A stretch of 64,000 nucleotides of DNA from Bacteroidales bacterium (GTDB taxonomy: Bacteria; Bacteroidota; Bacteroidia; Bacteroidales; WCHB1-69). Positions 1-9,479 of this stretch are shown here, in pieces. Each line of letters opens with the position of its first letter. Positions within the stretch are counted from its first letter, which is position 1. The stretch is taken from contig JAKSMC010000010.1 of NCBI GenBank assembly GCA_024400835.1, positions 3,071-67,070 on the forward strand. Reading direction: 5' to 3'. The notes under the pieces are model-generated. The model was given only the letters and a program-made list of their open reading frames with translations. It was not told where the DNA came from and did not search any database. A program made the translations under genes and the position numbers.

Positions 1-364
1 TGCCGGCAGGAACGGAACTGATGCCGAAGTCGTTGGCCAGTTGGTTGCCGGCTTCCGTGCGGAAGTCGTACGGAAAGCTCATCGTGGTGTTGGCCAGTGC
101 GGTGGCGTGGATGCCCACGGTGATCAATGTGTCTTGGAAAATTCCGTGCAACTCTTCCAACTTCTGGTGTGCGCTCGGACAGTTCACACAGCGGTGTCCG
201 GTGTATTCTTCCAAAAGAACCTTGCGGTAAACGCCGCCGTCTATTTCCGGAAAATCAACTGTTACGGCTTCACGGCCGGAAGAAACAACGTATGGTCCTT
301 CGATTTTATCGCAACTTACCAACAAAGCTGCGATTGCTATAATGAGTGTTGTGATTTTTTTCAT
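1..364 (-). CDS. Thioredoxin-fold CxxC lipoprotein (Omp28-related-like); 3' end cut by window edge
   Basis: Absent from the ORF track because no stop lies inside the window. Manual minus-strand translation from ATG 364-362 gives MKKITTLIIAIAALLVSCDKIEGPYVV...LLEEYTGHRCVNCPSAHQKLEEL... It has a lipobox (LVSC) and a CxxC motif. The family name is from recall. Confidence 0.7.
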   Translation of the reverse strand, partial: MKKITTLIIAIAALLVSCDKIEGPYVVSSGREAVTVDFPEIDGGVYRKVLLEEYTGHRCVNCPSAHQKLEELHGIFQDTLITVGIHATALANTTMSFPYDFRTEAGNQLANDFGISSVPAG

Positions 365-403
365 AATGATAACTCTTAATTCTTAACTCTTAACTATTAA
401 CTT

Positions 404-2128
404 TTAGAAGGAAGTTGTCAATGACAAACCTACGCCGTAAGAAGCAGGTACTGCACGGCAGACGCCGCCGATGCAGAGAATGCCTTCTTGGGTTTTGCCG
501 AAGTTAAGGGCAATACGAGTGGTGTTCCATACAAAGGCTCCTGCGATGTTGTAGTAGTGCAGACGCATGTTTGGGTCGGCATTGCCGTAGTTCCACTGGT
601 CACCGACGGAAATGAACCAACGCGGGCTGATGGAGTATTCCAACATTCCGTAAACCCAGCTGCCTTTGTCATCCTTGGTGTAAAGATGTTGTGCTTCCAA
701 ACGCAGGGAGTGCTTGGTGTTGACTTTGTAGGTGAGGTCGGCAGCGACCAAATGACCGCGCATCATGCCGCCGTGGCCTTGCAATTCGGTAAGGTTGTAG
801 GTGATGTAATTGTATGCCAAGATGAGTTTCCACTGCTTGGTGAAACGGTGGCTGATTTCCAAACCGATGTCTTGGTAGAGCAGCTCGGGACCGAATTTGA
901 AGAAGGAGGAGGTGTAGCCGTCTGTGCCGGCCATGGTGCCGTATTCAAGAGCGGCGTCAACAGGTTGTTGGTCGGTGTTGTGGAAACGAGAGTAGTTGAA
1001 GGTGAGGTCGGTTCCGTATTTGCCACCGAGTTTGCTCTTCTTCGGAATCTGGTAGTTGACTTGGATTTGTGCGCCAATCTGGCTGTTGGGCTGGGAAGCG
1101 TAACTGTAGTTGCCAATCAACTGATAGGAGTACTGACGGTTGATGGCCGGGATGTTGTTGATGAAAAGCAGGGAGTTCTTGTTCTGCATGCGCTGGCTGC
1201 GGAAGTCCATGTTGTCTGCGCGGATGAAGGAGGCTGCTACGCCGAAGCCTTTCATGGAATATGTTGCAGAGAGGAACAAAGCGTCGCCTTTCTTGTAGAT
1301 GTATCCGTTGGTGATGTTGGGATCGTTCATCTTCTGGGCATATTCACCATCCAGACGGAAACCTTTGTATCCGAAGCTCAGGCGGGTGGCCCAAACGGGA
1401 ACGTTTTGCGGAATCTTGTCCGTGGTGATGGTTCCTGCGGTGCGGTTGGCGGTGTCGTCAGGGAACAATGTGACGTTGATTTCGTCACTGGCCTTTTCGA
1501 ACTTGCTGACAAAGGAAGCACCGATGTTGGCGGTGAAACCCTTTTCCTGCATCTTGGGGATGAGTTCGCCTAAGGCAACTTCGCCGTCCAAACCGCGGAC
1601 ATAGTCGTTACGGCCGGCATAACTTTCGAAGTTCAGTCTTTCAATACCCCAGACTCCTTTGATGTAAATACCCTTGTATGGGGTCACTTTGACACGCGCG
1701 CCCAAAAGACTGTTGTCGATACCTAACTGACGGTCTTCGTATGCGCGAAGGGTCAGTCCGTTACCGAACTGGTCGTAGAAATTACCGGTGGTGACTTGGA
1801 TGAAGCTGTTTTTGTAGTCTGCGAAGAAATATCTGACGCCTTGGCCTTTGTAGTCGATTTTTTCAAAGTCTAACAAAGGGAACTGGTAGTACTCGTAACG
1901 GACACCGGCAGAAAAGCCGCCGTTGGAGTAAAGCAGGTTGATGAAGGCATTGGCACGCACTTTGGAATCTACGGGCTCTGCTCCGATGAGGGAGTCGGGG
2001 ATGTAGTACATGCCGTTAAAACCGAAATCGCCGCTGATGCGGCTGTTGCCGAGCTGGTGCTGAGCCATTGACGTGGTCAGCGAACATAACAGCAACCCTA
2101 ATGCTATAATGCGTAATTTTTTACTCAT
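404..2128 (-). CDS. Predicted outer-membrane beta-barrel protein (DUF6029-like)
   Basis: ORF 404..2215. I moved the start to the internal ATG that gives the signal peptide MSKKLRIIALGLLLCSLTTSMAQ. The sequence is Gly/Tyr/Asn-rich with an alternating pattern and a C-terminal ...LTTSF. The family name is from recall. Confidence 0.75.
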   Translation of the reverse strand: MSKKLRIIALGLLLCSLTTSMAQHQLGNSRISGDFGFNGMYYIPDSLIGAEPVDSKVRANAFINLLYSNGGFSAGVRYEYYQFPLLDFEKIDYKGQGVRYFFADYKNSFIQVTTGNFYDQFGNGLTLRAYEDRQLGIDNSLLGARVKVTPYKGIYIKGVWGIERLNFESYAGRNDYVRGLDGEVALGELIPKMQEKGFTANIGASFVSKFEKASDEINVTLFPDDTANRTAGTITTDKIPQNVPVWATRLSFGYKGFRLDGEYAQKMNDPNITNGYIYKKGDALFLSATYSMKGFGVAASFIRADNMDFRSQRMQNKNSLLFINNIPAINRQYSYQLIGNYSYASQPNSQIGAQIQVNYQIPKKSKLGGKYGTDLTFNYSRFHNTDQQPVDAALEYGTMAGTDGYTSSFFKFGPELLYQDIGLEISHRFTKQWKLILAYNYITYNLTELQGHGGMMRGHLVAADLTYKVNTKHSLRLEAQHLYTKDDKGSWVYGMLEYSISPRWFISVGDQWNYGNADPNMRLHYYNIAGAFVWNTTRIALNFGKTQEGILCIGGVCRAVPASYGVGLSLTTSF

Positions 2129-2246
2129 ATACTGTTGTTTAATGATTATCAAATAATTGTATTCTATAAACGACTTAATGCATCCCTCAAACACGTTGGT
2201 GTCCGGGGGATGCACATAGGTCTTGTGTCCAATTTATGTTCAGCCT

Positions 2247-2771
2247 CTATTTTTCAGCGGCGAGACCTTTGATGATTTCGTAAACTTCGTTCTCACTGCC
2301 TGGAGCATAGGATGTATGTTGCCATACAATCTCGCCCTTGCCGTTCAAAATGCACATGTAGGGTACGTCGTTGACGTTCATGGCACGCTTGAAATCTGAG
2401 TTCACGTCAAGAAGCACTTCGTATTCCCAGCCTTTGCCGTTGACAAACGGTGCGACGCGTGCTGATGTCTTGGCGTCGTCAATTGCGATAGCATAGAGTT
2501 TCACGCCGGTTTCTTCAACCCAGTCCTCATATTCGTCAGCAATAGCTAATAATTCTGCGATGCAGGGCTTGCACCAGGTAGCCCACAAACTGACGATGAT
2601 GGGCTTGCCGTCGTTCTGGATGTCTTTGGTGTTGAAGATTTTTCCGTCAACAGTCTGGATGTCCACTGCTGGAAGTTTTGCCAGATGCTGGTCTTTTGCA
2701 GGTTCTGCGTTCTGTGCGCTTAAGGCAAAGCATGCAATCAATGCGATTGCTAACAAGATTGTCTTTTTCAT
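2247..2771 (-). CDS. TlpA-like periplasmic thiol:disulfide oxidoreductase
   Basis: Signal peptide MKKTILLAIALIACFALSAQ and thioredoxin active site WATWCKPC. Confidence 0.9.
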   Translation of the reverse strand: MKKTILLAIALIACFALSAQNAEPAKDQHLAKLPAVDIQTVDGKIFNTKDIQNDGKPIIVSLWATWCKPCIAELLAIADEYEDWVEETGVKLYAIAIDDAKTSARVAPFVNGKGWEYEVLLDVNSDFKRAMNVNDVPYMCILNGKGEIVWQHTSYAPGSENEVYEIIKGLAAEK

Positions 2772-2783
2772 ATTCGTTGGTTT

Positions 2784-4235
2784 TTATTGTTTATTTCTAA
2801 TAAAAGGATTGTCTTCTTCTTCTTGTATGTTAATAGGATAATGTTTCTGCAGGTAGTCATACAGACCATCTTCCGGGAAAGGTATGTAGCGGTCGATGAT
2901 TTGCCCGTTGTCCTTCATTATCATATATTCTGGCAGTGTCTCTATGCCGTTCTCCATCAGCCAGTCGTAGTTGCCGTCAAAGTGAAGTATCGGCCAGGTG
3001 AACATCTCTTCGTATTTCTTGCAGAATTTCTCGTATTGCTCGCGGTCCGGATCGATGCTGATACTGATGAAATGCAACTTCTCGCCGTAGCGTTTTTGAA
3101 ATTCCTGCATGATGATCATTTCACGGATACAGTCAATGCAGTCACTTTGGAAAAGCTGGACATAGATGTCTTTTCCTTCGAATTGTTTAAGGGAAGTCTT
3201 CTTTCCCTTGCTGTTTTTTAAAGAAAGGCTACGGTCTATCTCCAGATTTGGTGTGAAACGAGCTAATGCGTTGTCAATGTAGATGATGTGTTCTGGGAAA
3301 TGTGAAGAAGCCTTGATGTATTGCAGCAGTTTGACGGTGTTGCCGGCGTCAAATTCTTCGTTGTCATGAAGCTCGATGAGGTTGAGGATGAGCACGAGTT
3401 CGCGGATACGTTCGTTGGTCAACATAGGGTCACGTCCCGTCTCGTTGAACAGTGTCAGATAGTCAGGCTCCTCGTTGATGGTCCTGGACAGGAGGTCTTT
3501 GCTGATGTATCTGGAGTTGTACAGATAACCGCTGTAGTTTTCGGCAAACAACATCATGTATGCCGGGTTGTTGTACAAAATGTAGTCGTTGTCGAAATAT
3601 TTCTGATAGAATTGGCGGCTCTCTTTGGAAAGACAGAGTTTGTCAAGCATTCCGCAGGTGTAGTAGGCGTAAGACTGATAGAAGTTCAGCGGGTTGTACT
3701 GTATGTCGAAATGGTTGTGCAGCAAGTCGGTCAGCGTGTCGTATGCGGCCATGTCGTGGTCATAAGTGATGCGGAATCCGTAGTAGTTCATGGCGCGGCT
3801 GAAGTAGTTGCTGAACCGGTTGATTTTGTAATTGAGGTCGTTTGTGTCGGTGTTGTCCGTGGTGATTTGCAGATAGCCGCCGTATTTTTCAGGATTGACG
3901 AGTTGGAAAAGTACAGTGTCCACGGTGATATGGAAGTTGTAGGAGTTGTTGGGCACCACGAAGAATTCGGCTTTTGTAGTTCTGATGGCGAGTTGCGCCA
4001 TTTTAATCTGTTTGGTGGAGTAGGAGAGTTTGAATTTTCCGTTTTTGTCAATCTTGTCGGAGGAAACTACTGTCGGGATGTTGTTGAGAAGGTCATCGAA
4101 AATAAGCAGCCGGATTTCCTCATTGGCGGCAAACGGGGCGTCACCGGTAATGGTCACGGGCTGTTGGGCCTGCACCAGCCGGGGGGCGATGAACAGACAA
4201 ATCAACAGCATAATATGAGTGACACGGAAACGCAT
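2784..4235 (-). CDS. Exported protein with C-terminal thioredoxin-fold domain
   Basis: ORF 2784..4334. The start is set at MRFRVTHIMLLICLFIAPRLVQAQ (ATG 4235-4233), which overlaps the coaD stop as TAATG. The C-terminal part has a redoxin-like pattern: YVQLFQSDCIDCIREM. Confidence 0.8.
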   Translation of the reverse strand: MRFRVTHIMLLICLFIAPRLVQAQQPVTITGDAPFAANEEIRLLIFDDLLNNIPTVVSSDKIDKNGKFKLSYSTKQIKMAQLAIRTTKAEFFVVPNNSYNFHITVDTVLFQLVNPEKYGGYLQITTDNTDTNDLNYKINRFSNYFSRAMNYYGFRITYDHDMAAYDTLTDLLHNHFDIQYNPLNFYQSYAYYTCGMLDKLCLSKESRQFYQKYFDNDYILYNNPAYMMLFAENYSGYLYNSRYISKDLLSRTINEEPDYLTLFNETGRDPMLTNERIRELVLILNLIELHDNEEFDAGNTVKLLQYIKASSHFPEHIIYIDNALARFTPNLEIDRSLSLKNSKGKKTSLKQFEGKDIYVQLFQSDCIDCIREMIIMQEFQKRYGEKLHFISISIDPDREQYEKFCKKYEEMFTWPILHFDGNYDWLMENGIETLPEYMIMKDNGQIIDRYIPFPEDGLYDYLQKHYPINIQEEEDNPFIRNKQ

Positions 4236-4702
4236 TACAGGGGCAATTCTGGGAGTTGGTAGGACAGGAATCTTGAATAATCGGCTTTCAGCGACCAGAG
4301 CTCTCGAACTAAGGATGATGAGACTGCGGCCCATTCAGCGGAAGCAGGAATGAAGACGGTTTCCACTTCGGGGCAGAGCGTCTTGTTGGCGAGGCGCATT
4401 TCTTCTTCCAGCGCGTAGTCTGAGGCGTTGCGAAGCCCTCGAATGAGATACTGGGCCCTGGCCTTTCTGCATAAGTCGACAGTAAGTCCTTGATAGGACG
4501 TTACTTCGATTTTTTCGTTGCCGTTGTAGATTTGTTTTATCCATTCCATGCGCTGCTCAACGGGGAAGACGTCTTTTTTATTGTAGTTGTGTCCGATGGC
4601 GATAATGATGCGGTCGAAAAGCGGGAGGGCTTTCTTGACGATGTCCTCGTGCCCTTTGGTGAACGGGCAGAACGAACCGGCGAATACAGCGATGGTTGGC
4701 AT
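4235..4702 (-). CDS. coaD: Phosphopantetheine adenylyltransferase
   Basis: 155 aa. N-terminal AVFAGSFCPFTKGHEDIV matches the CoaD GSFDPxTxGH nucleotidyltransferase motif. Confidence 0.9.
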   Translation of the reverse strand: MPTIAVFAGSFCPFTKGHEDIVKKALPLFDRIIIAIGHNYNKKDVFPVEQRMEWIKQIYNGNEKIEVTSYQGLTVDLCRKARAQYLIRGLRNASDYALEEEMRLANKTLCPEVETVFIPASAEWAAVSSSLVRELWSLKADYSRFLSYQLPELPL

Positions 4703-4706
4703 GGCG

Positions 4707-5270
4707 TTAGTCTCTTAAAACAGTGAAATTATAATCGTCGAGGAACTTGATAAGACGTGATGGATTGGCATTGAACGAGGTGTCGAATTCCTGCGGCACG
4801 ACGTAGTCCATTTGGTCGAGGATGGCAGGGGAGATGTCGTGGAAGGTTTGCGGCGTGGGCTCGCCTGCCACATTGGCGGAAGTGGAGACGATGGGATGCC
4901 CCAAGGCGCGGATGAGCTTCTGACAGAATTCCTGCTGCACAATGCGGATGGCTATGGTCCCGTCAGCATGAGCTAATTTATCCGGCAGGTTCTTGGCTGT
5001 AGGGTATATGAATGTGGTTGGGCGTGACACGTGGGGAATGAGGTCCCAGGCAATCATAGGTATTTTATCAACGTACATGGGCAGACGTTCTGCAGCATCC
5101 AGAAGGATAATCATACTCTTCTTCTCGTTACGTTGCTTGATTTGGTAGATTTTCATCAAAGCCTCTTCGTTAGTGGCATCACAGCCAATGCCCCAGACCG
5201 TGTCAGTCGGGTAAAGCAATACTTTTCCGGCTCGCAACAGCTCCGCACATTTTTCTATTTCCTGTTCCAT
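4707..5270 (-). CDS. tsaC: L-threonylcarbamoyladenylate synthase (YrdC/TsaC family)
   Basis: LLYPTDTVWGIGCDATNEEA and STSANVAGEP are YrdC-family motifs. The start is moved to MEQEIEKC (ATG 5270) because the longer ORF start lies inside the putative -7 box. Confidence 0.8.
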   Translation of the reverse strand: MEQEIEKCAELLRAGKVLLYPTDTVWGIGCDATNEEALMKIYQIKQRNEKKSMIILLDAAERLPMYVDKIPMIAWDLIPHVSRPTTFIYPTAKNLPDKLAHADGTIAIRIVQQEFCQKLIRALGHPIVSTSANVAGEPTPQTFHDISPAILDQMDYVVPQEFDTSFNANPSRLIKFLDDYNFTVLRD

Positions 5271-5291
5271 CTTAATTGAAATTCGAGGGCG

Positions 5292-5299
5292 CAAAAATA
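5292..5299 (-). promoter_or_regulatory. Putative Bacteroidota -7 box (TAnnTTTG) for tsaC-coaD operon
   Basis: TATTTTTG on the minus strand, 22 nt upstream of ATG 5270. Confidence 0.5.
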
Positions 5300-5424
5300 C
5301 AAAAATATGTGCTTATTTTGTCATCTTCACTATCCTATATGCATTGCTTTTCTTTATTTTCAACCATGGGATTGTATATGGTAAAAACATGCTGTCTGAA
5401 ATAGCGTTTTATGGCATTTTTTTG

Positions 5425-5432
5425 TACTTTTG
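5425..5432 (+). promoter_or_regulatory. Putative -7 box for the C25 peptidase gene
   Basis: TACTTTTG, 57 nt upstream of ATG 5489. Confidence 0.5.
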
Positions 5433-5488
5433 CCAACTTTATGTTTTTGAATATTCTAAAATAATAATCTATTAATAATAAAGTGTTT

Positions 5489-8400
5489 ATGAGAAAAAAC
5501 CTTTTGATGCTAGGAATCGTGCTGATGCTTGTCTCAAGTACTTTCGCACAACATTTCAATGTTACTCGCAATGACTACGAACAAGTAAACATCTCTTTTA
5601 CTGCCGCAGACATTCAGACTGCTGTTGAAAAAACGCAGCATGGAACCTTTACCAAAATTGAAATGGAAGACTACGGCCTTTCTACCGAAGTGGGCAAACC
5701 GCAGCTTCCCGTCATGTCCAAATTGCTCGAAATCCCCGTCTGTGACTCTGTGATTGCCACGGTGACCAATGCTCAGTATGTGGAAATGGATGCTGCTGAA
5801 TTGGGCATCAATAACATTTTGTACCCGGCACAACCTTCTTACCCGAAATCTTTTGTCGGTGAGAAACAATTCGTGCTCAACAACGATGTCTACGCAAGAA
5901 ACGCTTTCTATTCCGCACCCCTGGTCCGCGTGGAAAAGACTGGCATCATGCGTGATGTTTGTCTGGCTAACATCTACGTTTCTCCGGTTGCATACAATCC
6001 CGTGACCAAGAAAATTCGCATTTACCGCAACGTTGAGGTCGAGGTTTCCTATGTGAACGCTAATATCCCGGCCACATACGAATTGAAAACCAAATATGGC
6101 AGCCCGATGTTCCAAAGCGCTGCTGAGGTGGTTGCGAACCCGATGCCGAGAACTCGTGACGAATTCAACGGTTCTCCTATCAAATATCTCATCGTCGCTC
6201 ACTCTATGTTCCAAAACAATACTGATTTGCAGAACTTTGTAAACTGGAAAAAACGCCTTGGCTATCTCGTCGAGGTTGCCTATACCAGTGATCCTAATGT
6301 GGGAACTACGAATACTTCTATCAAAAACTTCGTCAAGTCCAAATATACGAATGCCACAGCTGAAGATCCGGCTCCGACCTTCCTCTTGCTGATTGGCGAC
6401 CACGCTCAGGTTCCGGCTACTTCCAGTACAGAACAGAACTCTCATGTGACGGACCTCTATTTCGCAAGCTGGACCGCCGGCGACAATATCCCCGATTGCT
6501 ATTACGGCCGTTTCTCCGCTGAAAATGTGGATCAGTTGTCTCCGCAAATCGAAAAGGCTTTGATGTATGAACAATACACCATGTCTGATCCTTCCTATGT
6601 GGGAAAAGCTGTCCTGATTGCAGGTACCGATAGCTATTGGTCTTCTTCTCATGCAGATGGACAAATCAATTACATTTATAACAACTATGTAAACACAACA
6701 AGCACTACCCACAATTACAGCACGGTGTACAAACACAATTACAACAGTTCTTCACAGGCTGCAACTATCCGTGGCGAAATCGGCGCCGGCTGTGGCTGGG
6801 CCAATTATACGGCGCATGGTAGTGAAACAGGTTGGTACGATCCCGAATTCAGCAATTCCCAAGTTTCTGCTATGGGCAATGAAGGTAAATATGGTCTGAT
6901 GATCGGCAACTGCTGTCTTACAGGTAAGTTCAATTACAGCAGCCCCTGCTTCGGCGAAGTCTTGTTGAGAACACCGAAGAAGGGTGCTATGGCCTACATC
7001 GGTGCCTCCGAAGTTTCCTATTGGGACGAGGATGCTTACTGGGCTGTCGGTGTCCGCAGCAACGTGAACGCCAATATGACTTACAATGCGGCCAACCTCG
7101 GTGCATACGACAGAATCTTCCATACACACGATGAAGCTCATGCCAATTGGTGTACAACTTTGGGCGGATTCATGACGGCTGGTAACCTCGCTGTTCAGTC
7201 TTCCAGCAGTTCGAGAAAGAAATACTATTGGGAAATCTACCACATCTTCGGTGATCCCTCCATCAAACCGTATTTGGGCATGCCTTCTACAATGTCAGTC
7301 TCTTCTGATGACGTCATTATGATAGGATCCAATACTTACCAAGTCAATGCTGCCCCGTATGCTTATGTGGCATTAACTTTGAACAATGAATTTGTGGCTG
7401 CTGCCTTTGCAGATGCTTCTGGCGCAGCAACACTCACATTGCCCACTTTGACTCCTGGCGAATATGAACTGGCAGTTGGCGCTCAAAACTACGTACAATA
7501 TTTCAAAACGGTGAATGTCATCGTTCCTTCCGGCCCGTATGTCGTAGCTAAAGGCATTGAGATTGCCAATGGCGAGAATCCTATCAATGGTACTACATTC
7601 CATTATGACCTTACTCTTGAAAACCTGGGCGTCGACGCTGCTACTAATGTCTCTGCTACAATGACCTCCTTGACTAGCGGCTACACAGTAACTCAAGGTA
7701 CTGCTACAGTCGGCAATATGGCGGTGGGACAAGTTTCCAATGTTGCCAACGCATTTGCTATTTCCATCCCGCAAAGTGCAATTGACCACGAACATGCCAC
7801 CTTCAGAGTTGACGTTAGTTGGCAGGGCGGCAGCTGCTCTAAAGAGGTCGTCCTCACTGTTGTCGCTCCCGATGTGCGTGTCACTTCCGAGGAAATTCGT
7901 CCGGTTGCAGGTACTGCACCTAACTTCGCTCCTGGTGACCAGGCTGTTGTCGCAGTTACTCTTGCCAATCTCGGCCACGCTGATGCTCAGAATATAGTTC
8001 TTGACGTGACTTGTAACTATTCCGGTGTCGTTGTGTCTTCTCCTTCCCAACAGGTTAGCTATCTGGCACAATCTTCCAATACTGCTATTTCATTCGACAT
8101 CCAAATCAGCGCAGATGTCCCAACCGTATCTTTCGTTCCGCTTTATGTACATACCTTATATAATGGCAATCACTTCATTGATACTATTATGCTGACCGTC
8201 GGTAATGCTATGGAAACTTTCGAAACCGGTGATTTCAGCCTGTTCAATTGGAATACTAGCAGTTCTAATCCGTGGCAGATCACGAATAGTGCACCGTATG
8301 CAGGCACGTATTGCGCACGCTCTAAGCAAAGCTTGGCAAACAGTTCGAATTCCCAATTGACTATTACGATGACGGCTACGATTGCCGGTGACATCTCCTT

Positions 8401-8911
8401 CTTCAGAAAAGTATCATCCGAAGATGGGTATGATAAATTCATTTTCTCCATTGATGGTTCTAAGAAAGATGAAATCTCCGGTACGGAAAGCTGGGCACAG
8501 GTCTCTTTCCCTGTCTCTGCCGGTACTCATACTTATAAGTTCAGCTACGAAAAAGACTATAGCCAGTCCTATGGTAGCGACTGTGCTTGGATTGATAATA
8601 TTTCATTCCCGGGCATGGGCAATGTCGTGACTGAAGATGTCCAAGATCCGGTTGGCATTGCTGAATACGACAACATGAGCAATTTGTCCGTTTATCCTAA
8701 TCCGACAACGGGACAAGTCACAATCTGCAATGCTCAAAACTTTTTGCGCAATGTTAATGTGTATGATGTTTACGGCAAATTGGTATTGAGCGAAAACGTG
8801 AACGCTGAAACCGCAGTCATCAATTTGTCCAACATGCCGAGCGGCCTTTACATCGTTAAGGCTGTTGATGGCAACAACAATATTTCAACTTCTAAAATCA
8901 TCAAACGATAA
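5489..8911 (+). CDS. Gingipain-like cysteine peptidase (family C25) with T9SS C-terminal sorting domain
   Basis: Signal peptide MRKNLLMLGIVLMLVSSTFAQ. The propeptide-like N-terminus contains GKPQLPV. The catalytic His/Cys context ANYTAHGSETGW...MIGNCCLTGKF resembles gingipain NYTGHGSETAW...ACVNGDF. The C-terminus YPNPTTGQVTI...VYDVYGKLV...GLYIVKAV is a typical T9SS CTD. The ORF-track start at 5483 is GTG; ATG 5489 is preferred. Confidence 0.85.
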   Translation: MRKNLLMLGIVLMLVSSTFAQHFNVTRNDYEQVNISFTAADIQTAVEKTQHGTFTKIEMEDYGLSTEVGKPQLPVMSKLLEIPVCDSVIATVTNAQYVEMDAAELGINNILYPAQPSYPKSFVGEKQFVLNNDVYARNAFYSAPLVRVEKTGIMRDVCLANIYVSPVAYNPVTKKIRIYRNVEVEVSYVNANIPATYELKTKYGSPMFQSAAEVVANPMPRTRDEFNGSPIKYLIVAHSMFQNNTDLQNFVNWKKRLGYLVEVAYTSDPNVGTTNTSIKNFVKSKYTNATAEDPAPTFLLLIGDHAQVPATSSTEQNSHVTDLYFASWTAGDNIPDCYYGRFSAENVDQLSPQIEKALMYEQYTMSDPSYVGKAVLIAGTDSYWSSSHADGQINYIYNNYVNTTSTTHNYSTVYKHNYNSSSQAATIRGEIGAGCGWANYTAHGSETGWYDPEFSNSQVSAMGNEGKYGLMIGNCCLTGKFNYSSPCFGEVLLRTPKKGAMAYIGASEVSYWDEDAYWAVGVRSNVNANMTYNAANLGAYDRIFHTHDEAHANWCTTLGGFMTAGNLAVQSSSSSRKKYYWEIYHIFGDPSIKPYLGMPSTMSVSSDDVIMIGSNTYQVNAAPYAYVALTLNNEFVAAAFADASGAATLTLPTLTPGEYELAVGAQNYVQYFKTVNVIVPSGPYVVAKGIEIANGENPINGTTFHYDLTLENLGVDAATNVSATMTSLTSGYTVTQGTATVGNMAVGQVSNVANAFAISIPQSAIDHEHATFRVDVSWQGGSCSKEVVLTVVAPDVRVTSEEIRPVAGTAPNFAPGDQAVVAVTLANLGHADAQNIVLDVTCNYSGVVVSSPSQQVSYLAQSSNTAISFDIQISADVPTVSFVPLYVHTLYNGNHFIDTIMLTVGNAMETFETGDFSLFNWNTSSSNPWQITNSAPYAGTYCARSKQSLANSSNSQLTITMTATIAGDISFFRKVSSEDGYDKFIFSIDGSKKDEISGTESWAQVSFPVSAGTHTYKFSYEKDYSQSYGSDCAWIDNISFPGMGNVVTEDVQDPVGIAEYDNMSNLSVYPNPTTGQVTICNAQNFLRNVNVYDVYGKLVLSENVNAETAVINLSNMPSGLYIVKAVDGNNNISTSKIIKR

Positions 8912-9468
8912 TGGCAAACACATCCGAACAATACGATGAGATCATCAAACAGTGCCAGGATATCTTTTCCAAAAAGGCATACGATTACGGTACGGCTTGG
9001 CGCATTCTCCGTCTGCCTTCCCTGACAGACCAGATTTACATCAAGGCCAACCGCATTCGCAGCATTCAGGAAAAGGGCGAGGCCAAAGTCGCTGAAGGCA
9101 TTATTCCGGAATTCATCGGAATAGTCAACTATTCAGTGATGGCCCTCATCCAACTCGAAGTCGGTGTCGCCAATGATGCCGAACATCTCGAGATGCCGCC
9201 CGCTCAGGCTGTCGAGTTATACAATAAATATATAAATGCAGCCAAGAGCCTCATGATGAACAAAAATCATGATTACGACGAGGCTTGGCGCCAGATGCGT
9301 ATCAGCTCTTTGGATGACATCATCCTGATGAAATTGTTCCGTATAAAATCCATTGAGGATCATAAGGGCAACACCATCATTTCCGAAGGCCTCGATGCGA
9401 ACTATTATGATATTATCAATTATTCTATGTTCGCACTTATTCGTCTGGTCCTTGAAAAAGAATCCTAA
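8911..9468 (+). CDS. DUF1599 domain protein (two tandem DUF1599 repeats)
   Basis: KAYDYGTAWRILRLPSLTDQIYIKANRIRSIQ is repeated as NHDYDEAWRQMRISSLDDIILMKLFRIKSIE. The start ATG overlaps the upstream stop (TAATG). Confidence 0.8.
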   Translation: MANTSEQYDEIIKQCQDIFSKKAYDYGTAWRILRLPSLTDQIYIKANRIRSIQEKGEAKVAEGIIPEFIGIVNYSVMALIQLEVGVANDAEHLEMPPAQAVELYNKYINAAKSLMMNKNHDYDEAWRQMRISSLDDIILMKLFRIKSIEDHKGNTIISEGLDANYYDIINYSMFALIRLVLEKES

Positions 9469-9479
9469 ATTTTACCATT

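Noticed and set aside
2128-2215. Longer N-terminal extensions offered by the ORF track (404..2215, 2784..4334, 4707..5294, 20458..21630, 21713..22882, 28425..30425, 30412.., 46930..47850, 49223..50569, 51471..52175, 59711..).
   Set aside because: In each case an internal ATG yields a canonical signal peptide or the conserved family N-terminus. The extension either overlaps a promoter box or the upstream gene, or begins at a non-ATG codon.
5489-8911. The C25-family protein might be the T9SS sortase PorU.
   Set aside because: It has a gingipain-type propeptide-like N-terminus and an adhesin-like module, and there is no adjacent porV. The architecture fits a cargo protease better. A proper profile search would settle this.
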